From assembly GCA_964016885.1 (NCBI GenBank), contig OZ024740.1, positions 418,996,001 through 419,060,000 of the forward strand: a stretch of 64,000 nt of DNA. Direction: 5' to 3'. The first letter of the stretch is position 1. The number at the start of each line of letters is the position of its first letter. The translations under genes were made by a program, and so were the position numbers. Below, piece after piece: positions 30,251-45,820 of the stretch. Source of the DNA: Eledone cirrhosa. Its lineage: Eukaryota. The notes beneath the pieces were generated by a model. It searched no databases and was not told the DNA's origin. It saw nothing but the letters and a program-made list of their open reading frames with translations.

Positions 30251-33200
30251 TAACTGAAGTTCTCACCCAACCTAACTGTTGTGTTCTCATCCAACCTAAC
30301 TGTTGTGTTCTCACCCAACCTAACTGAAGTTCTCACCCAACCTAACTGTTGTGTTCTCATAGAACCTAACTGTTGTGTTCTTACCCAACCTAACTGAAGT
30401 TCTCACCCAACCTAACTGTTGTGTTCTCATACAACCTAACTGTTGTGTTCTTACCCAACCTAACTGAAGTTCTCACCCAACCTAACTGTTGTGTTCTCAT
30501 CCAACCTAACTGTTGTGTTCTCACCCAACCTAACTGTTGTGTTCTCATGCAACCTAACTGAAGTTCTCACCTAACCTAACTGTTGTGTTCTCATCCAACC
30601 TAACTGTTGTGTTCTCACCCAACCTAACTGTTGTGTTCTCATACAACCTAACTGAAGTTCTCACCCAACCTAACTGAAGTTCTCACCCAACCTAACTGTT
30701 GTGTTCTCACCCAACCTAACTGTTGTGTTCTCATACAACCTAACTGAAGTTCTCACCCAACCTAATTGTTGTGTTCTCACCCAACCTAACTGAAGTTCTC
30801 ACCTAACCTAACTGTTGTGTTTTCACCCAACCTAACTGTTGTGTTCTCACCCAACCTAACTGAAGTTCCCTCCCAACCTAACTGAAGTTCTCACCCAACC
30901 TAACTGTTGTGTTCTCACCCAACCTAACTGAAGTTCTCACCTAACCTAACTGTTGTGTTCTCATCCAACCTAACTGAAGTTCTCATCCAACCTAACTGAA
31001 GTTCTCACCCAACCTAACTGTTGTGTTCTCACCCAACCTAACTGAAGTTCTCACCTAACCTAACTGTTGTGTTCTCATCCAACCTAACTGTTGTGTTCTT
31101 ACCCAACCTAACTGAAGTTCTCACCCAACCTAACTGTTGTGTTCACATCCAAACTAACTGTTGTGTTCTCACCCAACCTAACGGAAGTTCTCACCCAACC
31201 TAACTGTTGTGTTCTCACCCAACCTAACTGTTGTGTTATCATCCACCCTAACTGTTGTGTTCTCACCCAACCTAACTGAAGTTCTCACCTAACCTAACTG
31301 TTGTGTTCTCACCCAACCTAACTGTTGTGTTCTCACCCAACCTAACTGTTGTGTTCTCATCCAACCTAACTGTTGTGTTCTCATCCAACCTAACTGTTGT
31401 GTTCTCATCCAACCTAACTGTTGTGTTCTCATCCAACCTAACTGTTGTGTTCTCACCCAACCTAACTGTTGTGTTCTCATCCAACCTAACTGTTGTGTTC
31501 TCATTCAACCTAAATAAAGTTCTCACCTAACCTAACTGTTGTGTTCTCACCCAACCTAACTGTTGTGTTCTCACCCAACCTAACTGTTGTGTTCTCATCC
31601 AACCTAACTGAAGTTCTCACCCAACCTAACTGTTGTGTTCTCACCCAACCTAACTGAAGTTCTCACCCAACCTAACTGTTGTGTTCTCATACAACCTAAC
31701 TGAAGTTCTCACCCAACCTAACTGAAGTTCTCACCCAACCTAACTGTTGTGTTCTCATACAACCTAAGTGAAGTTCTCACCCAACCTAACTTTTGTGTTC
31801 TCTCCCAACCTAACTGTTGTGTTCTCACCCAACTTAACTGAAGTTCTCACCCAACCTAACTGTTGTGTTCTCATCCAACCTAACTGTTGTGTTCTCACCC
31901 AACCTAACTGTTGTGTTCTCATACAACCTAACTGAAGTTCTCACCCAACCTAACTGTTGTGTTCTCATCCAACCTAACTGTTGTGTTCTCACCCAACCTA
32001 ACTGAAGTTCTCACCCAACCTAACTGTTGTGTTCTCATCCAACCTAACTGTTGTGTTCTCACCCAACCTAACTGAAGTTCTCACCCAACCTAACTGTTGT
32101 GTTCTCATAGAACCTAACTGTTGTGTTCTTACCCAACCTAACTGAAGTTCTCACCCAAACTAACTGTTGTGTTCTCATACAACCTAACTGTTGTGTTCTT
32201 ACCCAACCTAACTGAAGTTCTCACCCAACCTAACTGTTGTGTTCTCATCCAACCTAACTGTTGTGTTCTCACCCAACCTAACTGTTGTGTTCTCATGCAA
32301 CCTAACTGAAGTTCTCACCTAACCTAACTGTTGTGTTCTCATCCAACCTAACTGTTGTGTTCTCACCCAACCTAACTGTTGTGTTCTCATACAACCTAAC
32401 TGAAGTTCTCACCCAACCTAACTGAAGTTCTCACCCAACCTAACTGTTGTGTTCTCACCCAACCTAACTGTTGTGTTCTCATACAACCTAACTGAAGTTC
32501 TCACCCAACCTAACTGTTGTGTTCTCACCCAACCTAACTGAAGTTCTCACCTAACCTAACTGTTGTGTTTTCACCCAACCTAACTGTTGTGTTCTCACCC
32601 AACCTAACTGAAGTTCTCTCCCAACCTAACTGAAATTCTCACCCAACCTAACTGTTGTGTTCTCACCCAACCTAACTGAAGTTCTCACCTAACCTAACTG
32701 TTGTGTTCTCATCCAACCTAACTGAAGTTCTCATCCAACCTAACTGAAGTTCTCACCCAACCTAACTGTTGTGTTCTCACCCAACCTAACTGAAGTTCTC
32801 ACCTAACCTAACTGTTGTGTTCTCATCCAACCTAACTGTTGTGTTCTTACCCAACCTAACTGAAGTTCTCACCCAACCTAACTGTTGTGTTCACATCCAA
32901 ACTAACTGTTGTGTTCTCACCCAACCTAACTGAAGTTCTCACCCAACCTAACTGTTGTGTTCTCACCCAACCTAACTGAAGTTCTCACCCAACCTAACTG
33001 TTGTGTTCTCATCCAACCTAACTGTTGTGTTCTCATCCAACCTAACTGTTGTGTTCTCATCCAACCTAACTGTTGTGTTCTCGTCCAACCTAACTGTTGT
33101 GTTCTCATACAACCTAACTGTTGTGTTCTCATCCAACCTATCTGTTGTGTTCTCATCCAACCTAACTGTTGTGTTCTCATCCAACCTAACTGTTGTGTTC

Positions 33201-36200
33201 TCACCCAACCTAACTGTTGTGTTCTCATCCAACCTAACTGTTGTGTTCTCACCCAACCTATCTGTTGTGTTCTCATCCAACCTAACTGTTGTGTTCTCAC
33301 CCAACCTAACTGTTGTGTTCTCATCCAACCTAACTGTTGTGTTCTCATCCAACCTAACTGTTGTGTTCTCATCCAACCTAACTGTTGTGTTCTCATCCAA
33401 CCTAACTGTTGTGTTCTCATCCAACCTAACTGTTGTGTTCTCATCCAACCTATCTGTTGTGTTCTCATCCAACCTAACTGTTGTGTTCTCATCCAACCTA
33501 ACTGTTGTGTTCTCACCCAACCTATCTGTTGTGTTCTCATCCAACCTAACTGTTGTGTTCTCATCCAACCTAACTGTTGTGTTCTCACCCAACCTATCTG
33601 TTGTGTTCTCATCCAACCTAACTGTTGTGTTCTCATCCAACCTAACTGTTGTGTTCTCATCCAACCTAACTGTTGTGTTCTCATCCAACCTAACTGTTGT
33701 GTTCTCACCCAACCTATCTGTTGTGTTCTCATCCAACCTAACTGTTGTGTTCTCACCCAACCTAACTGTTGTGTTCTCACCCAACCTATCTGTTGTGTTC
33801 TCATCCAACCTAACTGTTGTGTTCTCACCCAACCTATCTGTTGTGTTCTCATCCAACCTAACTGTTGTGTTCTCACCCAACCTAACTGTTGTGTTCTCAC
33901 CCAACCTAACTGTTGTGTTCTCACCCAACCTAACTGAAGTTCTCACCTAACCTATCTGTTGTGTTCTCACCCAACCTAACTGTTGTGTTCTCACCCAACC
34001 TAACTGTTGTGTTCTCATCCAACCTAACTGAAGTTCTCACCCAACCTAACTGTTGTGTTCTCACCCAACCTAACTGAAGTTCTCACCTAACCTAACTGTT
34101 GTGTTCTCATCCAACCTAACTGTTGTGTTCTCACCCAACCTAACTGTTGTGTTCTCATCCAACCTAACTGAAGTTCTCACCCAACCTAACTGAAGTTCTC
34201 ACCCAACCTAACTGTTGTGTTCTCACCCAACCTAACTGTTGTGTTCTCACCCAACCTAACTGAAGTTCTCACCCAACCTAACTGTTGTGTTCTCATCCAA
34301 CCTAACTGAAGTTCTCACCCAACCTAACTGAAGTTCTCACCCAACCTAATTGTTGTGTTCTCACCCAACCTAACTGTTGTGTTCTCACCCAACCTAACTG
34401 AAGTTCTCATCCAACCTAACTGTTGTGTTCTCACCCAACCTAACTGAAGTTCTCACCTAACCAAACTGTTGTGTTCTCACCCAACCTAACTGTTGTGTTA
34501 TCATCCACCCTAACTGTTGTGTTCTCACCCAACCTAACTGAAGTTCTCACCTAACCTAACTGTTGTGTTCTCACCCAACCTAACTGTTGTGTTCTCACCC
34601 AACCTAACTGTTGTGTTCTCATCCAACCTAACTGTTGTGTTCTCATCCAACCTAACTGTTGTGTTCTCATCCAACCTAACTGTTGTGTTCTCATCCAACC
34701 TAACTGTTGTGTTCTCACCCAACCTAACTGTTGTGTTCTCATCCAACCTAACTGTTGTGTTCTCATTCAACCTAAATAAAGTTCTCACCTAACCTAACTG
34801 TTGTGTTCTCACCCAACCTAACTGTTGTGTTCTCACCCAACCTAACTGTTGTGTTCTCATCCAACCTAACTGAAGTTCTCACCCAACCTAACTGTTGTGT
34901 TCTCACCCAACCTAACTGAAGTTCTCACCCAACCTAACTGTTGTGTTCTCATACAACCTAAGTGAAGTTCTCACCCAACCTAACTTTTGTGTTCTCTCCC
35001 AACCTAACTGTTGTGTTCTCACCCAACTTAACTGAAGTTCTCACCCAACCTAACTGTTGTGTTCTCATCCAACCTAACTGTTGTGTTCTCACCCAACCTA
35101 ACTGTTGTGTTCTCATACAACCTAACTGAAGTTCTCACCCAACCTAACTGTTGTGTTCTCATCCAACCTAACTGTTGTGTTCTCACCCAACCTAACTGAA
35201 GTTCTCACCCAACCTAACTGTTGTGTTCTCATCCAACCTAACTGTTGTGTTCTCACCCAACCTAACTGAAGTTCTCACCCAACCTAACTGTTGTGTTCTC
35301 ATAGAACCTAACTGTTGTGTTCTTACCCAACCTAACTGAAGTTCTCACCCAACCTAACTGTTGTGTTCTCATACAACCTAACTGTTGTGTTCTTACCCAA
35401 CCTAACTGAAGTTCTCACCCAACCTAACTGTTGTGTTCTCATCCAACCTAACTGTTGTGTTCTCACCCAACCTAACTGTTGTGTTCTCATGCAACCTAAC
35501 TGAAGTTCTCACCTAACCTAACTGTTGTGTTCTCATCCAACCTAACTGTTGTGTTCTCACCCAACCTAACTGTTGTGTTCTCATACAACCTAACTGAAGT
35601 TCTCACCCAACCTAACTGAAGTTCTCACCCAACCTAACTGTTGTGTTCTCACCCAACCTAACTGTTGTGTTCTCATACAACCTAACTGAAGTTCTCACCC
35701 AACCTAATTGTTGTGTTCTCACCCAACCTAACTGAAGTTCTCACCTAACCTAACTGTTGTGTTTTCACCCAACCTAACTGTTGTGTTCTCACCCAACCTA
35801 ACTGAAGTTCCCTCCCAACCTAACTGAAGTTCTCACCCAACCTAACTGTTGTGTTCTCACCCAACCTAACTGAAGTTCTCACCTAACCTAACTGTTGTGT
35901 TCTCATCCAACCTAACTGAAGTTCTCATCCAACCTAACTGAAGTTCTCACCCAACCTAACTGTTGTGTTCTCACCCAACCTAACTGAAGTTCTCACCTAA
36001 CCTAACTGTTGTGTTCTCATCCAACCTAACTGTTGTGTTCTTACCCAACCTAACTGAAGTTCTCACCCAACCTAACTGTTGTGTTCACATCCAAACTAAC
36101 TGTTGTGTTCTCACCCAACCTAACGGAAGTTCTCACCCAACCTAACTGTTGTGTTCTCACCCAACCTAACTGTTGTGTTATCATCCACCCTAACTGTTGT

Positions 36201-38798
36201 GTTCTCACCCAACCTAACTGAAGTTCTCACCTAACCTAACTGTTGTGTTCTCACCCAACCTAACTGTTGTGTTCTCACCCAACCTAACTGTTGTGTTCTC
36301 ATCCAACCTAACTGTTGTGTTCTCATCCAACCTAACTGTTGTGTTCTCATCCAACCTAACTGTTGTGTTCTCATCCAACCTAACTGTTGTGTTCTCACCC
36401 AACCTAACTGTTGTGTTCTCATCCAACCTAACTGTTGTGTTCTCATTCAACCTAAATAAAGTTCTCACCTAACCTAACTGTTGTGTTCTCACCCAACCTA
36501 ACTGTTGTGTTCTCACCCAACCTAACTGTTGTGTTCTCATCCAACCTAACTGAAGTTCTCACCCAACCTAACTGTTGTGTTCTCACCCAACCTAACTGAA
36601 GTTCTCACCCAACCTAACTGTTGTGTTCTCATACAACCTAACTGAAGTTCTCACCCAACCTAACTGAAGTTCTCACCCAACCTAACTGTTGTGTTCTCAT
36701 ACAACCTAAGTGAAGTTCTCACCCAACCTAACTTTTGTGTTCTCTCCCAACCTAACTGTTGTGTTCTCACCCAACTTAACTGAAGTTCTCACCCAACCTA
36801 ACTGTTGTGTTCTCATCCAACCTAACTGTTGTGTTCTCACCCAACCTAACTGTTGTGTTCTCATACAACCTAACTGAAGTTCTCACCCAACCTAACTGTT
36901 GTGTTCTCATCCAACCTAACTGTTGTGTTCTCACCCAACCTAACTGAAGTTCTCACCCAACCTAACTGTTGTGTTCTCATCCAACCTAACTGTTGTGTTC
37001 TCACCCAACCTAACTGAAGTTCTCACCCAACCTAACTGTTGTGTTCTCATAGAACCTAACTGTTGTGTTCTTACCCAACCTAACTGAAGTTCTCACCCAA
37101 ACTAACTGTTGTGTTCTCATACAACCTAACTGTTGTGTTCTTACCCAACCTAACTGAAGTTCTCACCCAACCTAACTGTTGTGTTCTCATCCAACCTAAC
37201 TGTTGTGTTCTCACCCAACCTAACTGTTGTGTTCTCATGCAACCTAACTGAAGTTCTCACCTAACCTAACTGTTGTGTTCTCATCCAACCTAACTGTTGT
37301 GTTCTCACCCAACCTAACTGTTGTGTTCTCATACAACCTAACTGAAGTTCTCACCCAACCTAACTGAAGTTCTCACCCAACCTAACTGTTGTGTTCTCAC
37401 CCAACCTAACTGTTGTGTTCTCATACAACCTAACTGAAGTTCTCACCCAACCTAACTGTTGTGTTCTCACCCAACCTAACTGAAGTTCTCACCTAACCTA
37501 ACTGTTGTGTTTTCACCCAACCTAACTGTTGTGTTCTCACCCAACCTAACTGAAGTTCTCTCCCAACCTAACTGAAATTCTCACCCAACCTAACTGTTGT
37601 GTTCTCACCCAACCTAACTGAAGTTCTCACCTAACCTAACTGTTGTGTTCTCATCCAACCTAACTGAAGTTCTCATCCAACCTAACTGAAGTTCTCACCC
37701 AACCTAACTGTTGTGTTCTCACCCAACCTAACTGAAGTTCTCACCTAACCTAACTGTTGTGTTCTCATCCAACCTAACTGTTGTGTTCTTACCCAACCTA
37801 ACTGAAGTTCTCACCCAACCTAACTGTTGTGTTCACATCCAAACTAACTGTTGTGTTCTCACCCAACCTAACTGAAGTTCTCACCCAACCTAACTGTTGT
37901 GTTCTCACCCAACCTAACTGAAGTTCTCACCCAACCTAACTGTTGTGTTCTCATCCAACCTAACTGTTGTGTTCTCATCCAACCTAACTGTTGTGTTCTC
38001 ATCCAACCTAACTGTTGTGTTCTCGTCCAACCTAACTGTTGTGTTCTCATACAACCTAACTGTTGTGTTCTCATCCAACCTATCTGTTGTGTTCTCATCC
38101 AACCTAACTGTTGTGTTCTCATCCAACCTAACTGTTGTGTTCTCACCCAACCTAACTGTTGTGTTCTCATCCAACCTAACTGTTGTGTTCTCACCCAACC
38201 TATCTGTTGTGTTCTCATCCAACCTAACTGTTGTGTTCTCACCCAACCTAACTGTTGTGTTCTCATCCAACCTAACTGTTGTGTTCTCATCCAACCTAAC
38301 TGTTGTGTTCTCATCCAACCTAACTGTTGTGTTCTCATCCAACCTAACTGTTGTGTTCTCATCCAACCTAACTGTTGTGTTCTCATCCAACCTATCTGTT
38401 GTGTTCTCATCCAACCTAACTGTTGTGTTCTCATCCAACCTAACTGTTGTGTTCTCACCCAACCTATCTGTTGTGTTCTCATCCAACCTAACTGTTGTGT
38501 TCTCATCCAACCTAACTGTTGTGTTCTCACCCAACCTATCTGTTGTGTTCTCATCCAACCTAACTGTTGTGTTCTCATCCAACCTAACTGTTGTGTTCTC
38601 ATCCAACCTAACTGTTGTGTTCTCATCCAACCTAACTGTTGTGTTCTCACCCAACCTATCTGTTGTGTTCTCATCCAACCTAACTGTTGTGTTCTCACCC
38701 AACCTAACTGTTGTGTTCTCACCCAACCTATCTGTTGTGTTCTCATCCAACCTAACTGTTGTGTTCTCACCCAACCTATCTGTTGTGTTCTCATCCAA
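28915..38798 (+). repeat. Higher-order tandem duplication, 2 x 4942 bp, each copy containing an older ~1.7-kb internal duplication
   Basis: Constant 4942 offset (29592/34534, 31272/36214, 32926/37868). Internal offset 1680-1748 (29592/31272; ATAGAACC at ~30359/~32107). Confidence 0.93.
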
Positions 38799-41700
38799 CC
38801 TAACTGTTGTGTTCTCACCCAACCTAACTGTTGTGTTCTCACCCAACCTAACTGTTGTGTTCTCACCCAACCTAACTGAAGTTCTCACCTAACCTATCTG
38901 TTGTGTTCTCACCCAACCTAACTGTTGTGTTCTCATCCAACCTAACTGTTGTGTTCTCATCCAACCTAACTGTTGTGTTCTCACCCAACCTAACTGTTGT
39001 GTTCTCATCCAACCTAACTGAAGTTCTCACCCAACCTAACTGAAGTTCTCACCTAACCTAACTGTTGTGTTCTCACCCAACCTAACTGAAGTTCTCACCT
39101 AACCTAACTGTTGTGTTCTCACCTAACCTAACTGTTGTGTTCTCACCCAACCTAACTCAAGTTCTCACCTAACCTAACTGTTATGTTCTCACCCAACCTA
39201 ACTGTTGTGTTCTCATCCAACATACCTGTTGTGTTCTCATCCAACCTAACTGTTGTGTTATCATCCAACCTAACTGTTGTGTTCTCACCTAACCTAACTG
39301 TTGTGTTCTCATCCAACCTAACTGTTGTGTTATCATCCAACCTAACTGTTGTGTTCTCATCCAACCTAACTGTTGTGTTCTCATCCAACCTAACTGAAGT
39401 TCTCACCCAACCTAACTGTTGTGTTCTCACCCAACCTAACTCAAGTTCTCACCTAACCTAACTGTTATGTTCTCACCCAACCTAACTGTTGTGTTCTCAT
39501 CCAACCTAACTGAAGTTCTCACCCAACCTAACTGTTGTGTTCTCATCCAACCTAACTGTTGTGTTATCATCCAACCTAACTGTTGTGTTCTCATCCAACC
39601 TAACTGAAGTTCTCACCTAACCTAACTGTTGTGTTCTCACCCAACCTAACTGTTGTGTTCTCACCCAACCTAACTGAAGTTCTCACCTAACCTAACTGTT
39701 GTGTTCTCACCCATCCTAACTGTTGTGTTCTCACCCAACCTAACTGTTGTGTTCTCATCCAACATACCTGTTGTGTTCTCATCCAACCTAACTGTTGTGT
39801 TATCATCCAACCTAACTGTTGTGTTCTCATCCAACCTAACTGTTGTGTTCTCACCCAACCTAACTCTTGTGTTCTCATCCAACCTAACTGTTGTGTTCTC
39901 ACCCAACCTAACTGTTGTGTTCTCACCCAACCTAACTGTTGTGTTCTCACCCAACCTAACTGAAGTTCTCACCTAACCTATCTGTTGTGTTCTCACCCAA
40001 CCTAACTGTTGTGTTCTCATCCAACCTAACTGTTGTGTTCTCACCCAACCTAACTGAAGTTCTCACCTAACCTATCTGTTGTGTTCTCACCCAACCTAAC
40101 TGTTGTGTTCTCATCCAACCTAACTGTTGTGTTCTCACCCAACCTAACTGAAGTTCTCACCTAACCTATCTGTTGTGTTCTCACCCAACCTAACTGTTGT
40201 GTTCTCATCCAACCTAACTGTTGTGTTCTCATCCAACCTATCTGTTGTGTTCTCACCCAACCTAACTGTTGTGTTCTCATCCAACCTAACTGTTGTGTTA
40301 TCATCCAACCTAACTGTTGTGTTCTCATCCAACCTAACTGTTGTGTTCTCATCCAACCTAACTGTTGTGTTCTCACCCAACCTAACTGTTGTGTTCTCAT
40401 CCAACCTAACTGTTGTGTTCTCACCCAACCTAACTGAAGTTCTCACCTAACCTATCTGTTGTGTTCTCACCCAACCTAACTGTTGTGTTCTCATCCAACC
40501 TAACTGTTGTGTTCTCACCCAACCTAACTGAAGTTCTCACCTAACCTAACTGTTGTGTTCTCACCCAACCTAACTGAAGTTCTCACCTAACCTATCTGTT
40601 GTGTTCTCACCCAACCTAACTGTTGTGTTCTCACCCAACCTAACTGTTGTGTTCTCATCCAACCTAACTGAAGTTCTCACCCAACCTAACTGTTGTGTTC
40701 TCATCCAACCTAACTGTTGTGTTCTCACCCAACCTAACTGTTGTGTTATCATCCAACCTAACTGTTGTGTTCTCACCCAACCTAACTGAAGTTCTCACCT
40801 AACCTAACTGTTGTGTTTTCACCCAACCTAACTGTTGTGTTCTCACCCAACCTAACTGTTGTGTTCTCATCCAACCTAACTGAAGTTCTCACCCAACCTA
40901 ACTGTTGTGTTCTCACCCAACCTAACTGAATTTCTCACCCAACCTAACTGTTGTGTTCTCAGCCAACCTAACTGTTGTGTTCTCACCCAACCTAACTGTT
41001 GTGTTCTCATCCAACGTAACTGTTGTGTTCTCACCCTACCTAACTGAAGTTCTCACCCAACCTAACTGTTGTGTTCTCATCCAACCTAACTGTTGTGTTC
41101 TCATCCAACCTAACTGTTGTGTTCTCACCCAACCTAACTGTTGTGTTCTCACCCAACCTAACTGAAGTTCTCACCCAACCTAACTGTTGTGTTATCATCC
41201 AACCTAACTGTTGTGTTCTCACCCAACCTAACTGTTGTGTTCTCATACAACCTAACTGAAGTTCTCACCCAACCTAACTGAAGTTCTCACCCAACCTAAC
41301 TGTTGTGTTCTCACCCAACCTAACTGTTGTGTTCTCATACAACCTAACTGTTGTGTTCTTACCCAACCTAACTGGAGTTCTCACCTAACCTAACTGTTGT
41401 GTTCTCATACAACCTAACTGTTGTGTTCTCACCCAACCTAACTGTTGTGTTCTCATACAACCTAACTGAAGTTCTCACCCAACCTAACTGAAGTTCTCAC
41501 CCAACCTAACTGTTGTGTTCTCACCCAACCTAACTGAAGTTCTCTCCCAACCTAACTGAAGTTCTTATCCAAACTAACTGCTGTGTTCTTACCCAACCTA
41601 ACTGAAGTTCTCACCCAACCTAACTGTTGTGTTATCATCCAACCTAACTGTTGTGTTCTCACCCAACCTAACTGTTGTGTTCTCATACAACCTAACTGAA

Positions 41701-44700
41701 GTTCTCACCCAACCTAACTGAAGTTCTCACCCAACCTAACTGTTGTGTTCTCACCCAACCTAACTGTTGTGTTCTCATACAACCTAACTGAAGTTCTCAC
41801 CCAACCTAACTGTTGTGTTCTCACCCAACCTAAATGTTGTGTTCTCACCCAACCTAACTGTTGTGTTCTCATCCAACCTAACTGAAGTTCTCACCCAACC
41901 TAACTGAAGTTCTCTCCCAACCTAACTGTTGTGTTCTCACCCAACCTAACTGAAGTTCTCACCCAACCTAACTGTTGTGTTCTCATCCAACCTAACTGTT
42001 GTGTTCTCACCCAACCTAACTGAAGTTCTCACCTAACCTAACTGTTGTGTTCTCATCCAACCTAACTGTTGTGTTTTCACCCAACCTAACTGTTGTGTTC
42101 TCATCCAACCTAACTGTTGTGTTCTCATTCAACCTAACTGTTGTGTTCTCACCCAACCTAACTGAAGTTCTCACCCAACCTAACTGTTGTGTTCTCATCC
42201 AACCTAACTGTTGTGTTCTCACCCAACCTAACTGAAGTTCTCATCCAACCTAACTGAATTTCTCATCCAACCTAACTGTTGTGTTCTCACCCAACCTAAC
42301 TGAAGTTCTCACCCAACCTAACTGTTGTGTTCACATCCAACCTAACTGAAGTTCTCATCCAACCTAACTGTTGTGTTCTCATTCAACCTAACTGTTGTGT
42401 TCTCACCCAACCTAACTGAAGTTCTCACCCAACCTAACTGTTGTGTTCTCATCCAACCTAACTGTTGTGTTCTCACCCAACCTAACTGAAGTTCTCATCC
42501 AACCTAACTGAATTTCTCATCCAACCTAACTGTTGTGTTCTCATCCAACCTAACTGAAGTTCTCACCCAACCTAACTGCTGTGTTCTCATTCAACCTAAC
42601 TGTTGTGTTCTCACCCAACCTAACTGAAGTTCTCATCCAACCTAACTGAATTTCTCATCCAACCTAACTGTTGTGTTCTCACCCAACCTAACTGAAGTTC
42701 TCACCCAACCTAACTGTTGTGTTCACATCCAACCTAACTGAAGTTCTCATCCAACCTAACTGTTGTGTTCTCATTCAACCTAACTGTTGTGTTCTCACCC
42801 AACCTAACTGAAGTTCTCACCCAACCTAACTGTTGTGTTCTCATCCAACCTAACTGTTGTGTTCACATCCAACCTAACTGAAGTTCTCATCCAACCTAAC
42901 TGTTGTGTTCTCATTCAACCTAACTGTTGTGTTCTCACCCAACCTAACTGAAGTTCTCACCCAACCTAACTGTTGTGTTCTCATCCAACCTAACTGTTGT
43001 GTTCACATCCAACCTAACTGAAGTTCTCATCCAACCTAACTGTTGTGTTCTCATTCAACCTAACTGTTGTGTTCTCACCCAACCTAACTGAAGTTCTCAC
43101 CCAACCTAACTGTTGTGTTCTCATCCAACCTAACTGTTGTGTTCTCACCCAACCTAACTGAAGTTCTCATCCAACCTAACTGAATTTCTCATCCAACCTA
43201 ACTGTTGTGTTCTCATCCAACCTAACTGAAGTTCTCACCCAACCTAACTGTTGTGTTCTCATCCAACCTAACTGAAGTTCTCACCCAACCTAACTGTTGT
43301 GTTCACATCCAACCTAACTGAAGTTCTCATCCAACCTAACTGTTGTGTTCTCATTCAACCTAACTGTTGTGTTCTCACCCAACCTAACTGTTGTGTTCTC
43401 ACCCAACCTAACTGTTGTGTTCTCATCCAACCTAACTGAAGTTCTCACCCAACCTAACTGTTGTGTTCTCATCCAACCTAACTGAAGTTCTCACCCAACC
43501 TAACTGTTGTGTTCACATCCAACCTAACTGAAGTTCTCATCCAACCTAACTGTTGTGTTCTCATTCAACCTAACTGTTGTGTTCTCACCCAACCTAACTG
43601 TTGTGTTCTCACCCAACCTAACTGTTGTGTTCTCATCCAACCTAACTGAAGTTCTCACCCAACCTAACTGTTGTGTTCTCATCCAACCTAACTGAAGTTC
43701 TCACCCAACCTAACTGTTGTGTTCACATCCAACCTAACTGAAGTTCTCACCCAACCTAACTGTTGTGTTCTCATCCAACCTAACTGTTGTGTTCTCACCC
43801 AACCTAACTGTTGTGTTCTCATCCAACCTAACTGAAGTTCTCACCCAACCTAACTGTTGTGTTCACATCCAACCTAACTGAAGTTCTCACCCAACCTAAC
43901 TGTTGTGTTCTCATCCAACCTAACTGTTGTGTTCTCACCCAACCTAACTGTTGTGTTCTCATCCAACCTAACTGAAGTTCTCACCCAACCTAACTGTTGT
44001 GTTCACATCCAACCTAACTGAAGTTCTCACCCAACCTAACTGTTGTGTTCACATCCAACCTAACTGAAGTTCTCATGCAACCTAACTGAAGTTCTCACCC
44101 AACCTAACTGTTGTGTTCACATCCAACCTAACTGAAGTTCTCATCCAACCTAACTGTTGTGTTCTCATGCAACCTAACTGAAGTTCTCACCCAACCTAAC
44201 TGTTGTGTTCTCATCCAACCTAACTGTTGTGTTCTCACCCAACCTAACTGTTGTGTTCTCATACAACCTAACTGAAGTTCTCACCCAAGCTAACTGAAGT
44301 TCTCACCCAACCTAACTGTTGTGTTCTCACCCAACCTAACTGTTGTGTTCTCATACAACCTAACTGAAGTTCTCACCCAACCTAACTGTTGTGTTCTCAC
44401 CCAACCTAACTGTTGTGTTCTCATCCAACCTAACTGAAGTTCTCACCCAACCTAACTGTTGTGTTTTCACCCAACCTAACTGTTGTGTTCTCACCCAACC
44501 TAACTGTTGTGTTCTCATCCAACCTAACTGAAGTTCTCACCCAACCTAACTGAAGTTCTCACCCAACCTAACTGTTGTGTTCTCACCCAACCTAACTGTT
44601 GTGTTCTCACCCAACCTAACTGAAGTTCTCACCCAACCTAACTGTTGTGTTCTCATCCAACCTAACTGAAGTTCTCACCCAACCTAACTGAAGTTCTCAC

Positions 44701-45820
44701 CCAACCTAATTGTTGTGTTCTCACCCAACCTAACTGTTGTGTTCTCACCCAACCTAACTGAAGTTCTCATCCAACCTAACTGTTGTGTTCTCACCCAACC
44801 TAACTGAAGTTCTCACCTAACCAAACTGTTGTGTTCTCACCCAACCTAACTGTTGTGTTATCATCCACCCTAACTGTTGTGTTCTCACCCAACCTAACTG
44901 AAGTTCTCACCTAACCTAACTGTTGTGTTCTCACCCAACCTAACTGTTGTGTTCTCACCCAACCTAACTGTTGTGTTCTCATCCAACCTAACTGAAGTTC
45001 TCACCCAACCTAACTGTTGTGTTCTCACCCAACCTAACTGAAGTTCTCACCCAACCTAACTGTTGTGTTCTCATACAACCTAACTGAAGTTCTCACCCAA
45101 ACTAACTGAAGTTCTCACCCAACCTAACTGTTGTGTTCTCATACAACCTAAGTGAAGTTCTCACCCAACCTAACTTTTGTGTTCTCTCCCAACCTAACTG
45201 TTGTGTTCTCACCCAACCTAACTGAAGTTCTCACCCAACCTAACTGTTGTGTTCTCATCCAACCTAACTGTTGTGTTCTCACCCAACCTAACTGTTGTGT
45301 TCTCATACAACCTAACTGAAGTTCTCACCCAACCTAACTGTTGTGTTCTCATCCAACCTAACTGTTGTGTTCTCACCCAACCTAACTGAAGTTCTCACCC
45401 AACCTAACTGTTGTGTTCTCATCCAACCTAACTGTTGTGTTCTCACCCAACCTAACTTAAGTTCTCACCCAACCTAACTGTTGTGTTCTCCTAGAACCTA
45501 ACTGTTGTGTTCTTACCCAACCTAACTGAAGTTCTCACCCAACCTAACTGTTGTGTTCTCATACAACCTAACTGTTGTGTTCTTACCCAACCTAACTGAA
45601 GTTCTCACCCAACCTAACTGTTGTGTTCTCATCCAACCTAACTGTTGTGTTCTCACCCAACCTAACTGTTGTGTTCTCATGCAACCTAACTGAAGTTCTC
45701 ACCTAACCTAACTGTTGTGTTCTCATCCAACCTAACTGTTGTGTTCTCACCCAACCTAACTGTTGTGTTCTCATACAACCTAACTGAAGTTCTCACCCAA
45801 CCTAACTGAAGTTCTCACCC

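Larger units (their letters stand above)
19140..44380 (+). repeat. Long-range higher-order repeat: ~19140-24420 recurs at ~38880-44380 (offset 19740, drifting to 19834 and 19926)
   Basis: ORF-track offsets 19412/39152, 20310/40144 and 22090/42016. Shared rare variants include AACGTAAC (~21179/~41013) and CTTATCCAAACTAACTGCTG. Boundaries are approximate. Confidence 0.85.
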
